Counted from the stretch's first letter, positions 1 through 10,541 are shown. The stretch: 12,930 bases of DNA from Bdellovibrionota bacterium (GCA_044352465.1 JBILDU010000085.1:1-12930), one strand, 5' to 3'. Notes: a model not told the origin generated them from the letters alone. A program made the numbers and translations.

Positions 1-1
1 C

Positions 2-178
2 CGAAAGCACGGAGTGAGTGAGCCGACGTACTACAGCTGGAAAAAGAAGTACGAAGGGATGACGAGCACCGACCTACGCAAGCTGAAAGGCCTTGAGGAC
101 GAGAACCGGAAGCTGAAGAGGCTCTTAGCGGACTCGCTGCTTGATAACGATGCGTTAAAGGCGCTCCTTGAAAAATAA
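2..178 (+). CDS. IS3 transposase OrfA, 5'-truncated by the window edge
   Basis: Manual translation from base 2: RKHGVSEPTYYSWKKKYEGMTSTDLRKLKGLEDENRKLKRLLADSLLDNDALKALLEK*, the HTH end plus leucine-zipper (LEDENRKLK) typical of IS3 OrfA. Not in the ORF track. Confidence 0.92.
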   Translation, partial: RKHGVSEPTYYSWKKKYEGMTSTDLRKLKGLEDENRKLKRLLADSLLDNDALKALLEK

Positions 179-1010
179 CTCAGCGCCCGATGAACGGAGG
201 CAGGCGGTGGCGTTTCTCCGGAAGGAGAAACGCCTCTCCCTTCGTCGGGCGTGCCGGTTAGTCGGCATATCCACATCAGTGTTCCAGTATCGGAAACGCA
301 ACGATCGAAACATCGCTCTTCGCCGCGAGATTAAACGGCTTGCCCTGAAGCACCGGCGGGATGGGTACCGTTCATTACATCGGCTTCTTCAGTGGAACGG
401 CTGGAATGTGAACAAGAAACGAGTGGAGCGGATTTATCGTGAGGAAAAGCTGCAATTACGGCGGAAAACGAGGAAGAAACTACCGGCACATCTCCGGATG
501 GAGGTTCCAGCACCCAAGAAACTCAACGAGTGTTGGTCGGTCGATTTCCTGAGCGATGCTGATGTGACGAGGCGACAGGTGCGTATCCTCGCCGCTATCG
601 ATGATGCTTCAAGGGAGTGTCTGATCCTCAGCTCCGCACGCTCAATGACGGGTGCCGAGGTCGTAGCTCAGCTCGACCGGGTCGCCCTCTTTCGGGGTTA
701 TCCAACGTTCCTACGGATGGATAACGGACCGGAGTTTCGGAGCGCTGCACTCTCAGCGTGGGCTACAAAGCACCGAGTTACCCTCATATTCATCGAACCA
801 GGGAAGTCGTTTCAGAACTGCTTCGTTGAGTCTTTCAATGGAATATTGCGGCGGAAGTGTCTCGACCTAAACGTGTTTCACGACCTCGCTCATGCGCAGG
901 CAGTCGTTGATGCTTTTCGGAACGAATACAACTACGAGAAAACCCACGAGTCGCTTAAGGGTACCCCCAGCGGTGTTTACTTCACAGCTCAGAAAGGAGT
1001 TAAAAGATAA
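168..1010 (+). CDS. IS3 transposase OrfB (integrase-core DDE domain)
   Basis: Motifs VNKKRVERIYREEKL, WSVDF (D), RMDNGPEF (D), QNCFVESFNG (E), EYN. Start is nominal because OrfB is usually reached by frameshifting. Confidence 0.93.
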   Translation: MKNNSAPDERRQAVAFLRKEKRLSLRRACRLVGISTSVFQYRKRNDRNIALRREIKRLALKHRRDGYRSLHRLLQWNGWNVNKKRVERIYREEKLQLRRKTRKKLPAHLRMEVPAPKKLNECWSVDFLSDADVTRRQVRILAAIDDASRECLILSSARSMTGAEVVAQLDRVALFRGYPTFLRMDNGPEFRSAALSAWATKHRVTLIFIEPGKSFQNCFVESFNGILRRKCLDLNVFHDLAHAQAVVDAFRNEYNYEKTHESLKGTPSGVYFTAQKGVKR

Positions 1011-1030
1011 CAACCGGACTATGCCTCAGA

Positions 1031-1056
1031 CCGTAGCGAAGAAGGCGGGCTGATCA
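1031..1056. repeat. Right terminal inverted repeat of the IS3 element
   Basis: CCGTAGCGAAGAAGGCGGGCTGATCA lies 20 bp after the orfB stop and ends in CA; the partner IR is outside the window, so the length is approximate. Confidence 0.65.
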
Positions 1057-1219
1057 CGTCCCATAAATATGTTTGACTGGACGTAGGTAATGAATCCCTG
1101 CATGCAGGCGCAGGTGGCTATAAACGGTGACGAAGTCACCGATGAGGTTGAGCGCTGCGACGACAGAACCGCGCATTCCCTCAGATTACGTTTGTCCGAT
1201 TATCGGAAATGCGGGACAC

Positions 1220-1368
1220 GTGTTCTCGGCTCACCTCGGCAACTTCGTGCCTAGCAGCCGCCTCTTGAAGGATCTTCACTCTCCGATCCTTCGTAACCGC
1301 TTTCTCCTCTCGTCGTCATCTTAAAGAAGACTAAGCTTCATTCTGTGGCTAAAAAAGGGCGTAGGGCA
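1220..1368 (-). pseudogene. Degenerate IS3 left-end remnant (IR plus frameshifted OrfA N-terminus)
   Basis: Minus strand reads RRKR-(frameshift)-TKDRRVKILQEAAARHEVAEVSREH, resembling the IS3 OrfA start (RKRFTEEQIxxILxEAEAGxxVAEVCRxHG). Upstream TGCCCTACGCCCTTTTTTAGCCACAG (1368-1343) matches the neighbouring IR at 15 of 26 positions by eye. Confidence 0.6.
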
Positions 1369-1466
1369 ATGCACGTTTTCTGTCTGGAACCCTGTGGCGC
1401 TCATACCAGCAAATGCCTTTGATAATTATTGTGCATTGCGAGCGATAGAGTTGCGTGGAGGAGTTT

Positions 1467-2033
1467 ATGTTCATTTCAACCATGAAACGTTCCGTTGTAA
1501 CGATTGCATCCTGTGCCGTCTTTTTGTTGGCGCTTTCAACACAAGCACGAGCAGAATCAACAAAAGAGTTGCAAACCTCAGCTCGTCAAGCGCTACAAAG
1601 TCTCTATAGAACCTCTCCTGGAGCCGCTGCGTTAGGTAAGAAGGCCGCTGGTGTTCTCGTTTTTCCCAAAATTATGCGTGCTGGATTCGGCGTAGGTGGA
1701 CATTATGGAAACGGGGTGCTTTTCAAGGGAGACTCCGCGGCGGGCTATTACAATACAACCGCAGCCTCGTTTGGATTTCAGATCGGTGCAGAGACCTTCG
1801 GCTACGCAATCTTCTTTATGAGCCAAAAAGATCTTAACTACCTCTCAAGCTCTGCGGGGTGGGAGATAGGTGCAGGCGCAAGTATTACGGTGCTCGACCA
1901 GGCGTTAGCTGAGTCTATCTCGTCATCGACGATTCAAGATGGCATCTATGCAGCAGTCTTCGCTCAGCAGGGCCTTATGGGCGGGCTATCTCTTGAGGGC
2001 ACAAAAATTACACGATATACCCCAAATGAATAG
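1467..2033 (+). CDS. Secreted YSC84/SYLF-family (lipid-binding) domain protein
   Basis: Signal peptide ending ...TQARA; motifs AAGVLVFPKIMRAGFGVGGHYGNG, ASFGFQIGAE, GWEIG, QQGLMGGLSLEGTKIT. Start moved to ATG 1467 because GGAGG lies at 1457-1461. Confidence 0.85.
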   Translation: MFISTMKRSVVTIASCAVFLLALSTQARAESTKELQTSARQALQSLYRTSPGAAALGKKAAGVLVFPKIMRAGFGVGGHYGNGVLFKGDSAAGYYNTTAASFGFQIGAETFGYAIFFMSQKDLNYLSSSAGWEIGAGASITVLDQALAESISSSTIQDGIYAAVFAQQGLMGGLSLEGTKITRYTPNE

Positions 2034-2039
2034 GTGGTG

Positions 2040-2135
2040 AGGGGTCTAGTGGATTTCGCCATGCGACGGCTCTGATGGCTTGCATCTGTGTCGCTTTCGG
2101 GTGACGCAACAAGCCCTCAGTCTACCCTGACCCCT
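2040..2135 (+). other. Long branched stem-loop downstream of the SYLF gene (terminator or structured RNA)
   Basis: AGGGGTC(2040-2046)/GACCCCT(2129-2135), GTGGA/TCTAC, CTGA/TCAG, GGCTTG/CAAGCC and TGTGTCGCT-TTCG-GGTGACGCA nest into one structure, with a side hairpin TCGC-CAT-GCGA. Confidence 0.5.
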
Positions 2136-2321
2136 TTGTCGGTTCGTGATGTTCTTGCTTTCTTTAACAGTCTGAACGCCACTTCCTCTCCGGGAACCCA
2201 TAAAGAGCCGCAAGTGAGAACAGGTTTTCTCCTTGGGCTATTCTCACTCTGTGCTCATTGAGGGAACGCACCTGTAGGCAGTTGAAACGTAACTGAGATC
2301 GAGTGGAAAAAGTTTCGAGAT

Positions 2322-2367
2322 ATCCTGGGTCCGCAAGGGCGTGCGGGTTCGATTCCCGCTCGAGGCA
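2322..2367 (+). pseudogene. 3' half of a tRNA-Leu gene (probable att-site duplication)
   Basis: ATCCTGG, variable arm GTCC-GCAA-GGGC, GT, T-arm GCGGG-TTCGATT-CCCGC, acceptor 3' strand TCGAGGC, discriminator A. No complementary 5' acceptor strand or D-arm upstream and no CCA. Long variable arm plus discriminator A points to Leu. Confidence 0.85.
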
Positions 2368-2749
2368 GTATGAAAATTTTGGCAGTTCTTTCGGAGAGCA
2401 GCTCGCCGTGATCGTTCGGGGGCCACCGGTCTCGGGCACCGAGACTCGCGCGGGTGCTCTTTCATGAACGGAAGCACATCTGTTCATCTGGACTGTGTTC
2501 TGACCCATCCTTGGCTGATCTCTCGATTTTCGGCCTTTCGATTCCTGGTGCATTCGGGAGTCTCACAAAAAATATACTCCGGCTGGAATGTGAGTCGTTT
2601 GGCCTATATATACGCGCGGGCTCGTACGGCAACTTGTAAGAGCCAGCTTGGGCAGTGATGCTGCTCGTTCGGGTAATTCGTCGTTTTTTCAGGGGCTTGG
2701 GTTGAGCTAGGGGCTCGCGTCCAAGAGGGGCGGCCGCCCGGGGGCTCTT

Positions 2750-2776
2750 TTGCCTCATTTTTGATTAATGAGGCAA
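2750..2776. promoter_or_regulatory. Perfect 10-bp inverted repeat upstream of the collagen-like gene, candidate operator
   Basis: TTGCCTCATT-N7-AATGAGGCAA, 52 bp before the ATG at 2829. Function inferred only. Confidence 0.4.
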
Positions 2777-2828
2777 CGTATGGTACCCGAGAAGGGCGTC
2801 CTGGGACGCACCGTCTAAAAACACCTCG

Positions 2829-3977
2829 ATGTTGGAGCTTCAAGTGGCAACCCGTGTAGTATCTTCGGTCTCAGTGTTTGCGTTCGTGTGCAGTCTGGCC
2901 ATCTTCCCCTCGGCCAGCCCGGCAAGTGCTGCCGAATTGGTATGTGTCAAATATGAATTTGTCTGCCGTCCCCGCGAGCGATGTCTAAAGAAGGCCGCCA
3001 CTGCGGTGCGATTGGAGAGTCGACAGTGTCCGAAAGGGTACACGCCAACCTATAGTGTGCTTGGAATCGACGATGTCGAAGCTCTCGTGAATACCCGAGT
3101 CGCTTCCTTGAGTCCGGGCTTACGCGGTCCTGTTGGTCCTCAAGGACCCGCGGGTCAGGCGGGGCCTATCGGTCCCCAAGGTCAGCCGGGCGAGGCTGGT
3201 GTCGCCGGTCCGAAAGGTGAGGCTGGACCAGCGGGAGTACGGGGTGAAACCGGGCCGGTGGGGCCGGCTGGCTTGCAGGGGCAACGGGGGGAGTCTGGAC
3301 CGCGTGGCCCGATGGGCGCCACGGGGCCGCAGGGTGCGGTTGGGCCAGTTGGGCCGCAGGGTGCGGCTGGACCGGTCGGGCCAGTGGGGCCGCAGGGCGT
3401 TGTGGGTCCCCAAGGGGCAGCTGGTCCGGTTGGGCCCCGAGGTCTAACCGGTCCGATGGGACCGCAAGGACCTCAGGGTGATGTTGGTCCGATCGGGCCA
3501 CGCGGCGAAACTGGTGCCGCTGGCCTCCCAGGACCGGTTGGTCCAAGCGGAGCATCGGGCTTGATCAATCAGGTGTGGGTGCGCGATTACTTCGATTGGT
3601 GGGATATCGATCTCCCGTCGAATCCTTACGGTTCGATCACCTGTAGTCCCGGTGCGGTTGCCTTTCCTGGTGCCGCAGACACGGGGCGTTATTTCTCGGG
3701 TCTTGTTCCTGGGGGAACCTACCTTTTCACGGTTTGGGGCACCATTGAGTCTGCGCTTGATAGCACCAGTTCCTTTAATAGCTGGGTAGCGGTGAGTCAC
3801 ATGAACGGTGCGACGACGATGTGGAAACAGCTTGGAGCGCGTGGCGCGAACTATCCAGATGGTACGGCCCCCTTCTATAACTCGGTCATGGTGACCGCCG
3901 ATTCTCAAGGCGCTTTCACCCTACGGTATAAGTGCGGGGTGAGGCTGAGCGGATTGAGTTACCTACGCCTGCGTTAA
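2829..3977 (+). CDS. Secreted collagen-like protein with Cys-rich N-domain and beta-rich C-terminal domain
   Basis: Hydrophobic signal ending ...PASA; about 50 uninterrupted Gly-X-Y triplets (3117-3566); C-terminal globular region with [11 protein letters not shown] reminiscent of C1q/BclA-type heads. Confidence 0.9.
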   Translation: MLELQVATRVVSSVSVFAFVCSLAIFPSASPASAAELVCVKYEFVCRPRERCLKKAATAVRLESRQCPKGYTPTYSVLGIDDVEALVNTRVASLSPGLRGPVGPQGPAGQAGPIGPQGQPGEAGVAGPKGEAGPAGVRGETGPVGPAGLQGQRGESGPRGPMGATGPQGAVGPVGPQGAAGPVGPVGPQGVVGPQGAAGPVGPRGLTGPMGPQGPQGDVGPIGPRGETGAAGLPGPVGPSGASGLINQVWVRDYFDWWDIDLPSNPYGSITCSPGAVAFPGAADTGRYFSGLVPGGTYLFTVWGTIESALDSTSSFNSWVAVSHMNGATTMWKQLGARGANYPDGTAPFYNSVMVTADSQGAFTLRYKCGVRLSGLSYLRLR

Positions 3978-4005
3978 GTTGAGCTTCCTCTTTTTTGGTG
4001 AGGGG

Positions 4006-4040
4006 CGCAGGATTGAGGAATCGGTTTCCTCAATCCTGCG
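4006..4040. terminator. 15-bp perfect hairpin after the collagen-like gene
   Basis: CGCAGGATTGAGGAA-TCGGT-TTCCTCAATCCTGCG; no U-tract follows, so terminator function is uncertain. Confidence 0.5.
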
Positions 4041-4265
4041 GAACTGGGCTCTTAAGGGGCCGACTCGAATCGAGTTTTGAGGCTCTTGGGGGAGGTCCGG
4101 TTAGCGGACAGTGCCCCATAAGGAAACGATTTCAATATTGAGATTTTCCCTCCCAAAGCTTCGTGCGTTGTTGCGCTATGGTTTGGTGTTAGGGAATCAG
4201 CCCTTTCCCTCGCTTCCTCCCTTGCGTTAAGGTTCATGTAGTATCGCTTTTATGGAGCTCTTCTC

Positions 4266-4865
4266 ATGCGCACATTCCCCTTGTTAGCTGTGTCGTTCGT
4301 CGTTTTTGCTAGCCCTGTTTTTGCGGAGGACTCTCTTAGAGCAATCCTCGATCGAGTTGTGAAGCTAGAGAGCGAAGGGGAGATTAAGAAGGCGCTCGAG
4401 GAGTTAAGCTGGGCGCAAAATTCACTCAATGAGGCCAATAAGAAGAAGGTCGCCGACCTTTTGCCGAAGCAGATCGGTGATTTCGTTGGTGGTGAGGTCT
4501 CTAGTAACGATGTCATGGGGATGAGCGCCACCGAGCGCAAGTATACCGACGGTAAGAGGAGCATCAAGCTCTCGCTGCTGGGTAGTGCTGCGGGTGCGGG
4601 AAAGACAGCCAATAATCCGTTCGCTGCCCTAGGTCAGATAGCAATGATGGGGGCGGGCATGGATCCCTCCGCTCGGACTACCCGGATGAACGGGCGGACG
4701 ACCACGATCAAGCAAGAGTCGGGGAGTGATCAGATTGAGATGATGATCTCTTTGAAAAACGGTTCGACCGTCCGGCTTGAGGCGAGCGGCGTGACCGACG
4801 GAAAAAAGTTTGAAGAGATGGTTCAAGGACTCGATTTGACGCCTCTTGAGAATTATCTCTCGTAA
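4266..4865 (+). CDS. Exported hypothetical protein
   Basis: 199-aa ORF with GGAG upstream and a Sec signal peptide (MRTFPLLAVSFVVFASPVFA); helical N-part then predicted beta-strands; no family recognised. Confidence 0.8.
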   Translation: MRTFPLLAVSFVVFASPVFAEDSLRAILDRVVKLESEGEIKKALEELSWAQNSLNEANKKKVADLLPKQIGDFVGGEVSSNDVMGMSATERKYTDGKRSIKLSLLGSAAGAGKTANNPFAALGQIAMMGAGMDPSARTTRMNGRTTTIKQESGSDQIEMMISLKNGSTVRLEASGVTDGKKFEEMVQGLDLTPLENYLS

Positions 4866-5348
4866 CGAGTTAAGTCACAGGGGCTGCTGGGCCGGGTTTG
4901 CCGAAAGATTGTCCGACCGTTTCGCACCTCCGGGTGCTGAATGGCCCCGCGGCGTCTGCCCTGACGTAGAGGCGCGGTCAGTGCCCGGATAGTAAGCTTT
5001 AGGTCCCGGTTCTCTGCGGAGCAGGGCGTGCAGTTTCGTTGTACCTCTCTTATCTTTTTCCCTCGCGCGCGGGGAGTCTCGTCCCGTTGGGGCGGTAGCT
5101 TCTGATCGATAAGGCTCATCTGATTGCTCTCCTCAAGCGATGTCAGTCGGTAGGAATCTGTGAAGGTATCGGAAACTATGCGGCGAAGTTGCGGGGGCTT
5201 GTCGAAGGGACGAGCTTACTGACGCCTCTTTGGTGACTCTCGCTTCGGGCTATCGGAAGGCTCTCATTGCTGCGGCAAAGGACTCTCCTCATACCTCCGT
5301 TAGGGCCCGATGGGTAAAAATGCGAAAGGCGATGCTCATCACTGAACT

Positions 5349-5363
5349 TGATAATAATACTCA
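5349..5363. promoter_or_regulatory. Fur/PerR-like 7-1-7 box upstream of katG
   Basis: TGATAAT-A-ATACTCA versus the Fur 7-1-7 consensus TGATAAT-N-ATTATCA (12 of 14 match), about 110 bp before the katG start. Confidence 0.55.
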
Positions 5364-5445
5364 ACAATCCTTGATCGTTATACTCAGGAGAGGTCTTGGA
5401 ACCGTCTGCTCTTAGTGCTAAGTTTTTGGCACTTTTGAACTCTGA

Positions 5446-7683
<2,238 letters not shown>

Positions 7684-7704
7684 GTCTATTGAGAACGGAA
7701 GGCT

Positions 7705-7756
7705 GAGCCCCCTCGTACTACTCGGTTCAGAGTAGCACGACGGGGCTCCTCTTTTT
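7705..7756 (+). terminator. Intrinsic terminator of katG
   Basis: GAGCCCC..TCGTACTACTC-GGTTCA-GAGTAGCACGA..GGGGCTC stem followed by CTCTTTTT, 21 bp after the stop codon. Confidence 0.7.
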
Positions 7757-7952
7757 GGGGAGTACCCAAACCTCCGCATCAAATAGGGGGTTGATTCAGG
7801 GCTGGTGCAAGGTCTCACTTGCTCAAGCAAGAGCTACGGTCTTGAAGTCGGTTCGCCCCGCTCCGTTGGGCTTCGCCTTCTCAAACGCCGAGCGCGGAAA
7901 CAGTTGGTTTTAAATCCATTTGGCGCAACGAATCGCCATCTCCTGCTCCGCG

Positions 7953-8696
7953 TCAACCGATCGGTTTACCGAAGTAGATAGCTTGGAGCCGTTCGTCGCT
8001 TCGTACCCGTTGAGGGGTGTCATCGAGTGCCACCTGCCCGTCATTAAGAACTACGATGCGGGAGCAGAAACGCTCGATGAAGGTAATGTCGTGCTCGATA
8101 ATAAGAACTGTTTTTCGGGCAGCTTGAAGCGATCGTATCGAATCAGCTATATCATCTTTCATTCGCGGCGAGACTCCAGCGGTCGGCTCATCAAGAAGCA
8201 GCGTGTCCGCGCCAGCAGCTAGTGTGCGGGCGATCTCTAAGAGTCGCATCTGGCCACCCGAAAGTGAACCCGCTTTTTCATGTGCCCTGTCAGCAAGTTG
8301 GATCGCACGGAGCTGCTCGAGCGCTGCTTCTTTGAGCGCCCGAGCAGCTTTCGTCCACGGCAGAAACATTCGTCGCTCTCCAGGCTTCGATTCAAGAGCA
8401 ACCAGCATATTCTCAAGGAGGGTCATGTCACGAAAGATCCCGAAGTTTTGAAATACCCGTCCGATACCACGTCGTGCCCGTTCATGGGGCGGAAGGCTAT
8501 CGACTCTTTCTCCCCTTAGGGAAATCGTCCCTGAATCGCATCGTATAAATCCAGAGATCGAGTTAAAGAGAGTCGTCTTTCCGCTACCGTTTGGTCCGAT
8601 AATGCCGACCGTTTCTCCTTGAGTGTATGAGACGGAGATTCCTTTTAGGATTTTGCGGCCCAGGACTGAGACGACGATATCATCTAACGTCAACAT
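7953..8696 (-). CDS. livG: Branched-chain amino acid-type (HAAT) ABC transporter ATP-binding subunit
   Basis: Walker A GPNGSGKT, GIGRVFQ, LSGGQ signature, LLLDEPTAG, IEHD, C-terminal AIYFG. Start moved to ATG 8696 (MLTLDDI) behind AAGGA, removing the overlap with livM. Confidence 0.88.
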   Translation of the reverse strand: MLTLDDIVVSVLGRKILKGISVSYTQGETVGIIGPNGSGKTTLFNSISGFIRCDSGTISLRGERVDSLPPHERARRGIGRVFQNFGIFRDMTLLENMLVALESKPGERRMFLPWTKAARALKEAALEQLRAIQLADRAHEKAGSLSGGQMRLLEIARTLAAGADTLLLDEPTAGVSPRMKDDIADSIRSLQAARKTVLIIEHDITFIERFCSRIVVLNDGQVALDDTPQRVRSDERLQAIYFGKPIG

Positions 8697-8706
8697 GGCT
8701 ATATCC

Positions 8707-9591
8707 TTATATCCTGCGCGACATGGGGAAAAGTGACTCCCGCCGTATCCAAACAAAGAGGAATAGGATCGAGGCATAGAGGAGCTGTCGGGTGGGGCCA
8801 AGGTAGGTCGAACTGATGTCGAGCAAACGTAACGACTCAGGTAGAAGAACTAGGGCGGCGGCGGCGGCGGGTACTCCCCAAAACGATCCAGGTCGGCCGA
8901 CGATGACTATTGTTAAAATGAACATCATCTCGGAGAGGCTAAATGAACTCGGGTCGATATAGTTGAGATAGAACGAAAAGAAACTACCGGCAACTCCGGC
9001 GATCGCTGCGGAGATGATAAATGCCATCGTCCGAGTTCTCCCCGTGTTGGTTCCGAGGGCTAACGCCGCCGTATCGCTCTCCCCCGCCGCGCGAAGTGAA
9101 CGCCCAAAGGTTCCGGAGAAGAGAAAAAACAAGAGTGTCTGCGTGATCGCCATTATTACCCCGAGAAGGATAAGGAAGTTTATATTTGAGCTGAAATCAA
9201 TACCCCAGAAATGAGGGCGTGGAATCGCTGTTATTCCGAGAACTCCATTGGTGAGACTCCGCCAATTAACCAGGATCGCGGATACAATGGCGCTAAACGC
9301 TAGAGTCCCGACGGCGAGATAATCGCTCGAAAGCCGCGCCGCAATGGCACCCAAAAAAAAGGCGAAGAGCCCGCACAGCGCGGCGCTGAAAGCGACGCAT
9401 TCCCAAAAAGTTCCACCGGCGGATGTCGATAAGAGCGCCGTTCCATAGGCTCCGATCGCGTAGGACGCGATGTGCGCAAGGTTAAAAATTCGTCCGAGAC
9501 CAACGGTAAGATTCAAGCTTTGCCCGAGTAGCGTATAGATGGCGATGAGAATGCCCAGATGCACCGCGTATTCAGAGTTTAGGAGAGCCAT
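8707..9591 (-). CDS. livM: HAAT ABC transporter permease, LivM-like
   Basis: Multi-TM protein with SLNLTVGLG, YAIGAY, RLSSDYLAVGTLAF, LTNGVLGI, FGRSLRA, YIDPSSF. Confidence 0.9.
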   Translation of the reverse strand: MALLNSEYAVHLGILIAIYTLLGQSLNLTVGLGRIFNLAHIASYAIGAYGTALLSTSAGGTFWECVAFSAALCGLFAFFLGAIAARLSSDYLAVGTLAFSAIVSAILVNWRSLTNGVLGITAIPRPHFWGIDFSSNINFLILLGVIMAITQTLLFFLFSGTFGRSLRAAGESDTAALALGTNTGRTRTMAFIISAAIAGVAGSFFSFYLNYIDPSSFSLSEMMFILTIVIVGRPGSFWGVPAAAAALVLLPESLRLLDISSTYLGPTRQLLYASILFLFVWIRRESLFPMSRRI

Positions 9592-9599
9592 GGAATTTT

Positions 9600-10493
9600 C
9601 TACGTCTTTCGCTCCGTAGTCCCGAATACTCCACTTGGTTTTATCAGGAGAATTACCAAGATTAACATGAAGGCGAACCCATCCTTGTAGCCGGCTGGAA
9701 TAGAGTAGCCCCCTACCTCAACTCCGACTGCGAGGTTCTCGACGATTCCCAAGATATAGGCCCCGGCGACTGCGCCCCATACGTTTCCAAGACCACCGAG
9801 AACCATCGCTGCAAACGCCTTCATTGAGTAGATTGCCCCCATCGTTGGTACAAGGTGACTTTGGTGCCCGATGAGCGCTCCGGCGTACCCAGCAAGGAGC
9901 ATCGAAGTAAGGAACGCGATTAACGTAACTGTTTGAGCTGATATCCCCAGTCCCGCAGCTGCCTCCGGATGTTCCGCGATAGCGCGGAAACACCTCCCCA
10001 GCTTCGTTAGATGAATCACATAACCAAGGATCGTAAGGAACAGGAAGGCACTTCCTATGATGATAAGTTCGATCGGTGTGACGTACACACCTCCCCAGTC
10101 GAAGCTGACGATGCCTGAGAGTTGATTAAGGGAGCGGACGTTTACGCCGAAGATCATGGCCACCGCTGACTCAAGAATCGTGCCGAGTGTTATCGTGGTC
10201 ACAAGGGGAAGGAGGCTATTCGTGCGGACAAAGGGGGAGATGAAGATCTTAAGCACGAGAAAGCCGACAGTCATCATGAGCACGCTTGAGCATACAACTG
10301 CGAGGAACAGGTTGAGCTTAAAGTCGGTATGAAAAAGGAGGAGTGCATACGCGCCGAGCATCATGAGATGCCCATGGGCGAAATTAAGAACTCTTAGGAC
10401 CGCAAAAGTCAGAACAAGCCCGGCACTCACGAGCGCATAAACGCTGCCAGTGATAAGGCTATTTACCAAGAGTTGCGGCAAGATCTCCCACAT
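9600..10493 (-). CDS. livH: HAAT ABC transporter permease, LivH-like
   Basis: QLLVNSLITGSVYALVSAGL, VLNFAHG, TKLGRCFRA, KAFAAMVLGGLG, KPSGVFG. Confidence 0.93.
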   Translation of the reverse strand: MWEILPQLLVNSLITGSVYALVSAGLVLTFAVLRVLNFAHGHLMMLGAYALLLFHTDFKLNLFLAVVCSSVLMMTVGFLVLKIFISPFVRTNSLLPLVTTITLGTILESAVAMIFGVNVRSLNQLSGIVSFDWGGVYVTPIELIIIGSAFLFLTILGYVIHLTKLGRCFRAIAEHPEAAAGLGISAQTVTLIAFLTSMLLAGYAGALIGHQSHLVPTMGAIYSMKAFAAMVLGGLGNVWGAVAGAYILGIVENLAVGVEVGGYSIPAGYKDGFAFMLILVILLIKPSGVFGTTERKT

Positions 10494-10541
10494 GCTCTGA
10501 CCCTATTCGATATAGCTGCCCCTGTCATCCTCCCACTCCCT

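Larger units (their letters stand above)
1..1056 (+). mobile_element. IS3-family insertion sequence (IS407-like), left end outside the window
   Basis: orfA tail followed by an overlapping DDE orfB; terminus ...GGCGGGCTGATCA at 1056 reads TGATCAGCCC on the minus strand, fitting the IS3 5'-TG...CA-3' end pattern. Confidence 0.92.

Noticed and set aside
1127..1324. 65-aa plus-strand ORF
   Set aside because: Antisense to the IS3 OrfA-like remnant and has no protein-like features.
2072..2120. Hammerhead ribozyme (CTGATGG resembles CUGAUGA)
   Set aside because: The conserved GAAA after stem II is absent and CTGA is paired in the predicted stem.
2290..2370. Complete functional tRNA gene
   Set aside because: No 5' acceptor strand complementary to TCGAGGC, no D-arm, no 5' anticodon-stem strand and no CCA.
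2164..2843. Short overlapping ORFs in this intergenic region
   Set aside because: No recognisable motifs, mutually overlapping, and some cross the tRNA fragment.
3120..3908. Alternative-frame and antisense ORFs within the collagen gene
   Set aside because: Expected by-products of GC-rich Gly-X-Y codon periodicity.
4853..5415. Short ORFs between the hypothetical gene and katG
   Set aside because: No recognisable motifs or convincing RBS; one overlaps the putative katG regulatory region.
5411..5433. CIRCE (HrcA) element upstream of katG
   Set aside because: Half-site-like sequences are in the wrong order and spacing relative to TTAGCACTC-N9-GAGTGCTAA.
8697..8801. 35-aa N-terminal extension of the ABC ATPase
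   Set aside because: Overlaps livM; ATG 8696 has its own RBS and gives a normal N-terminus.
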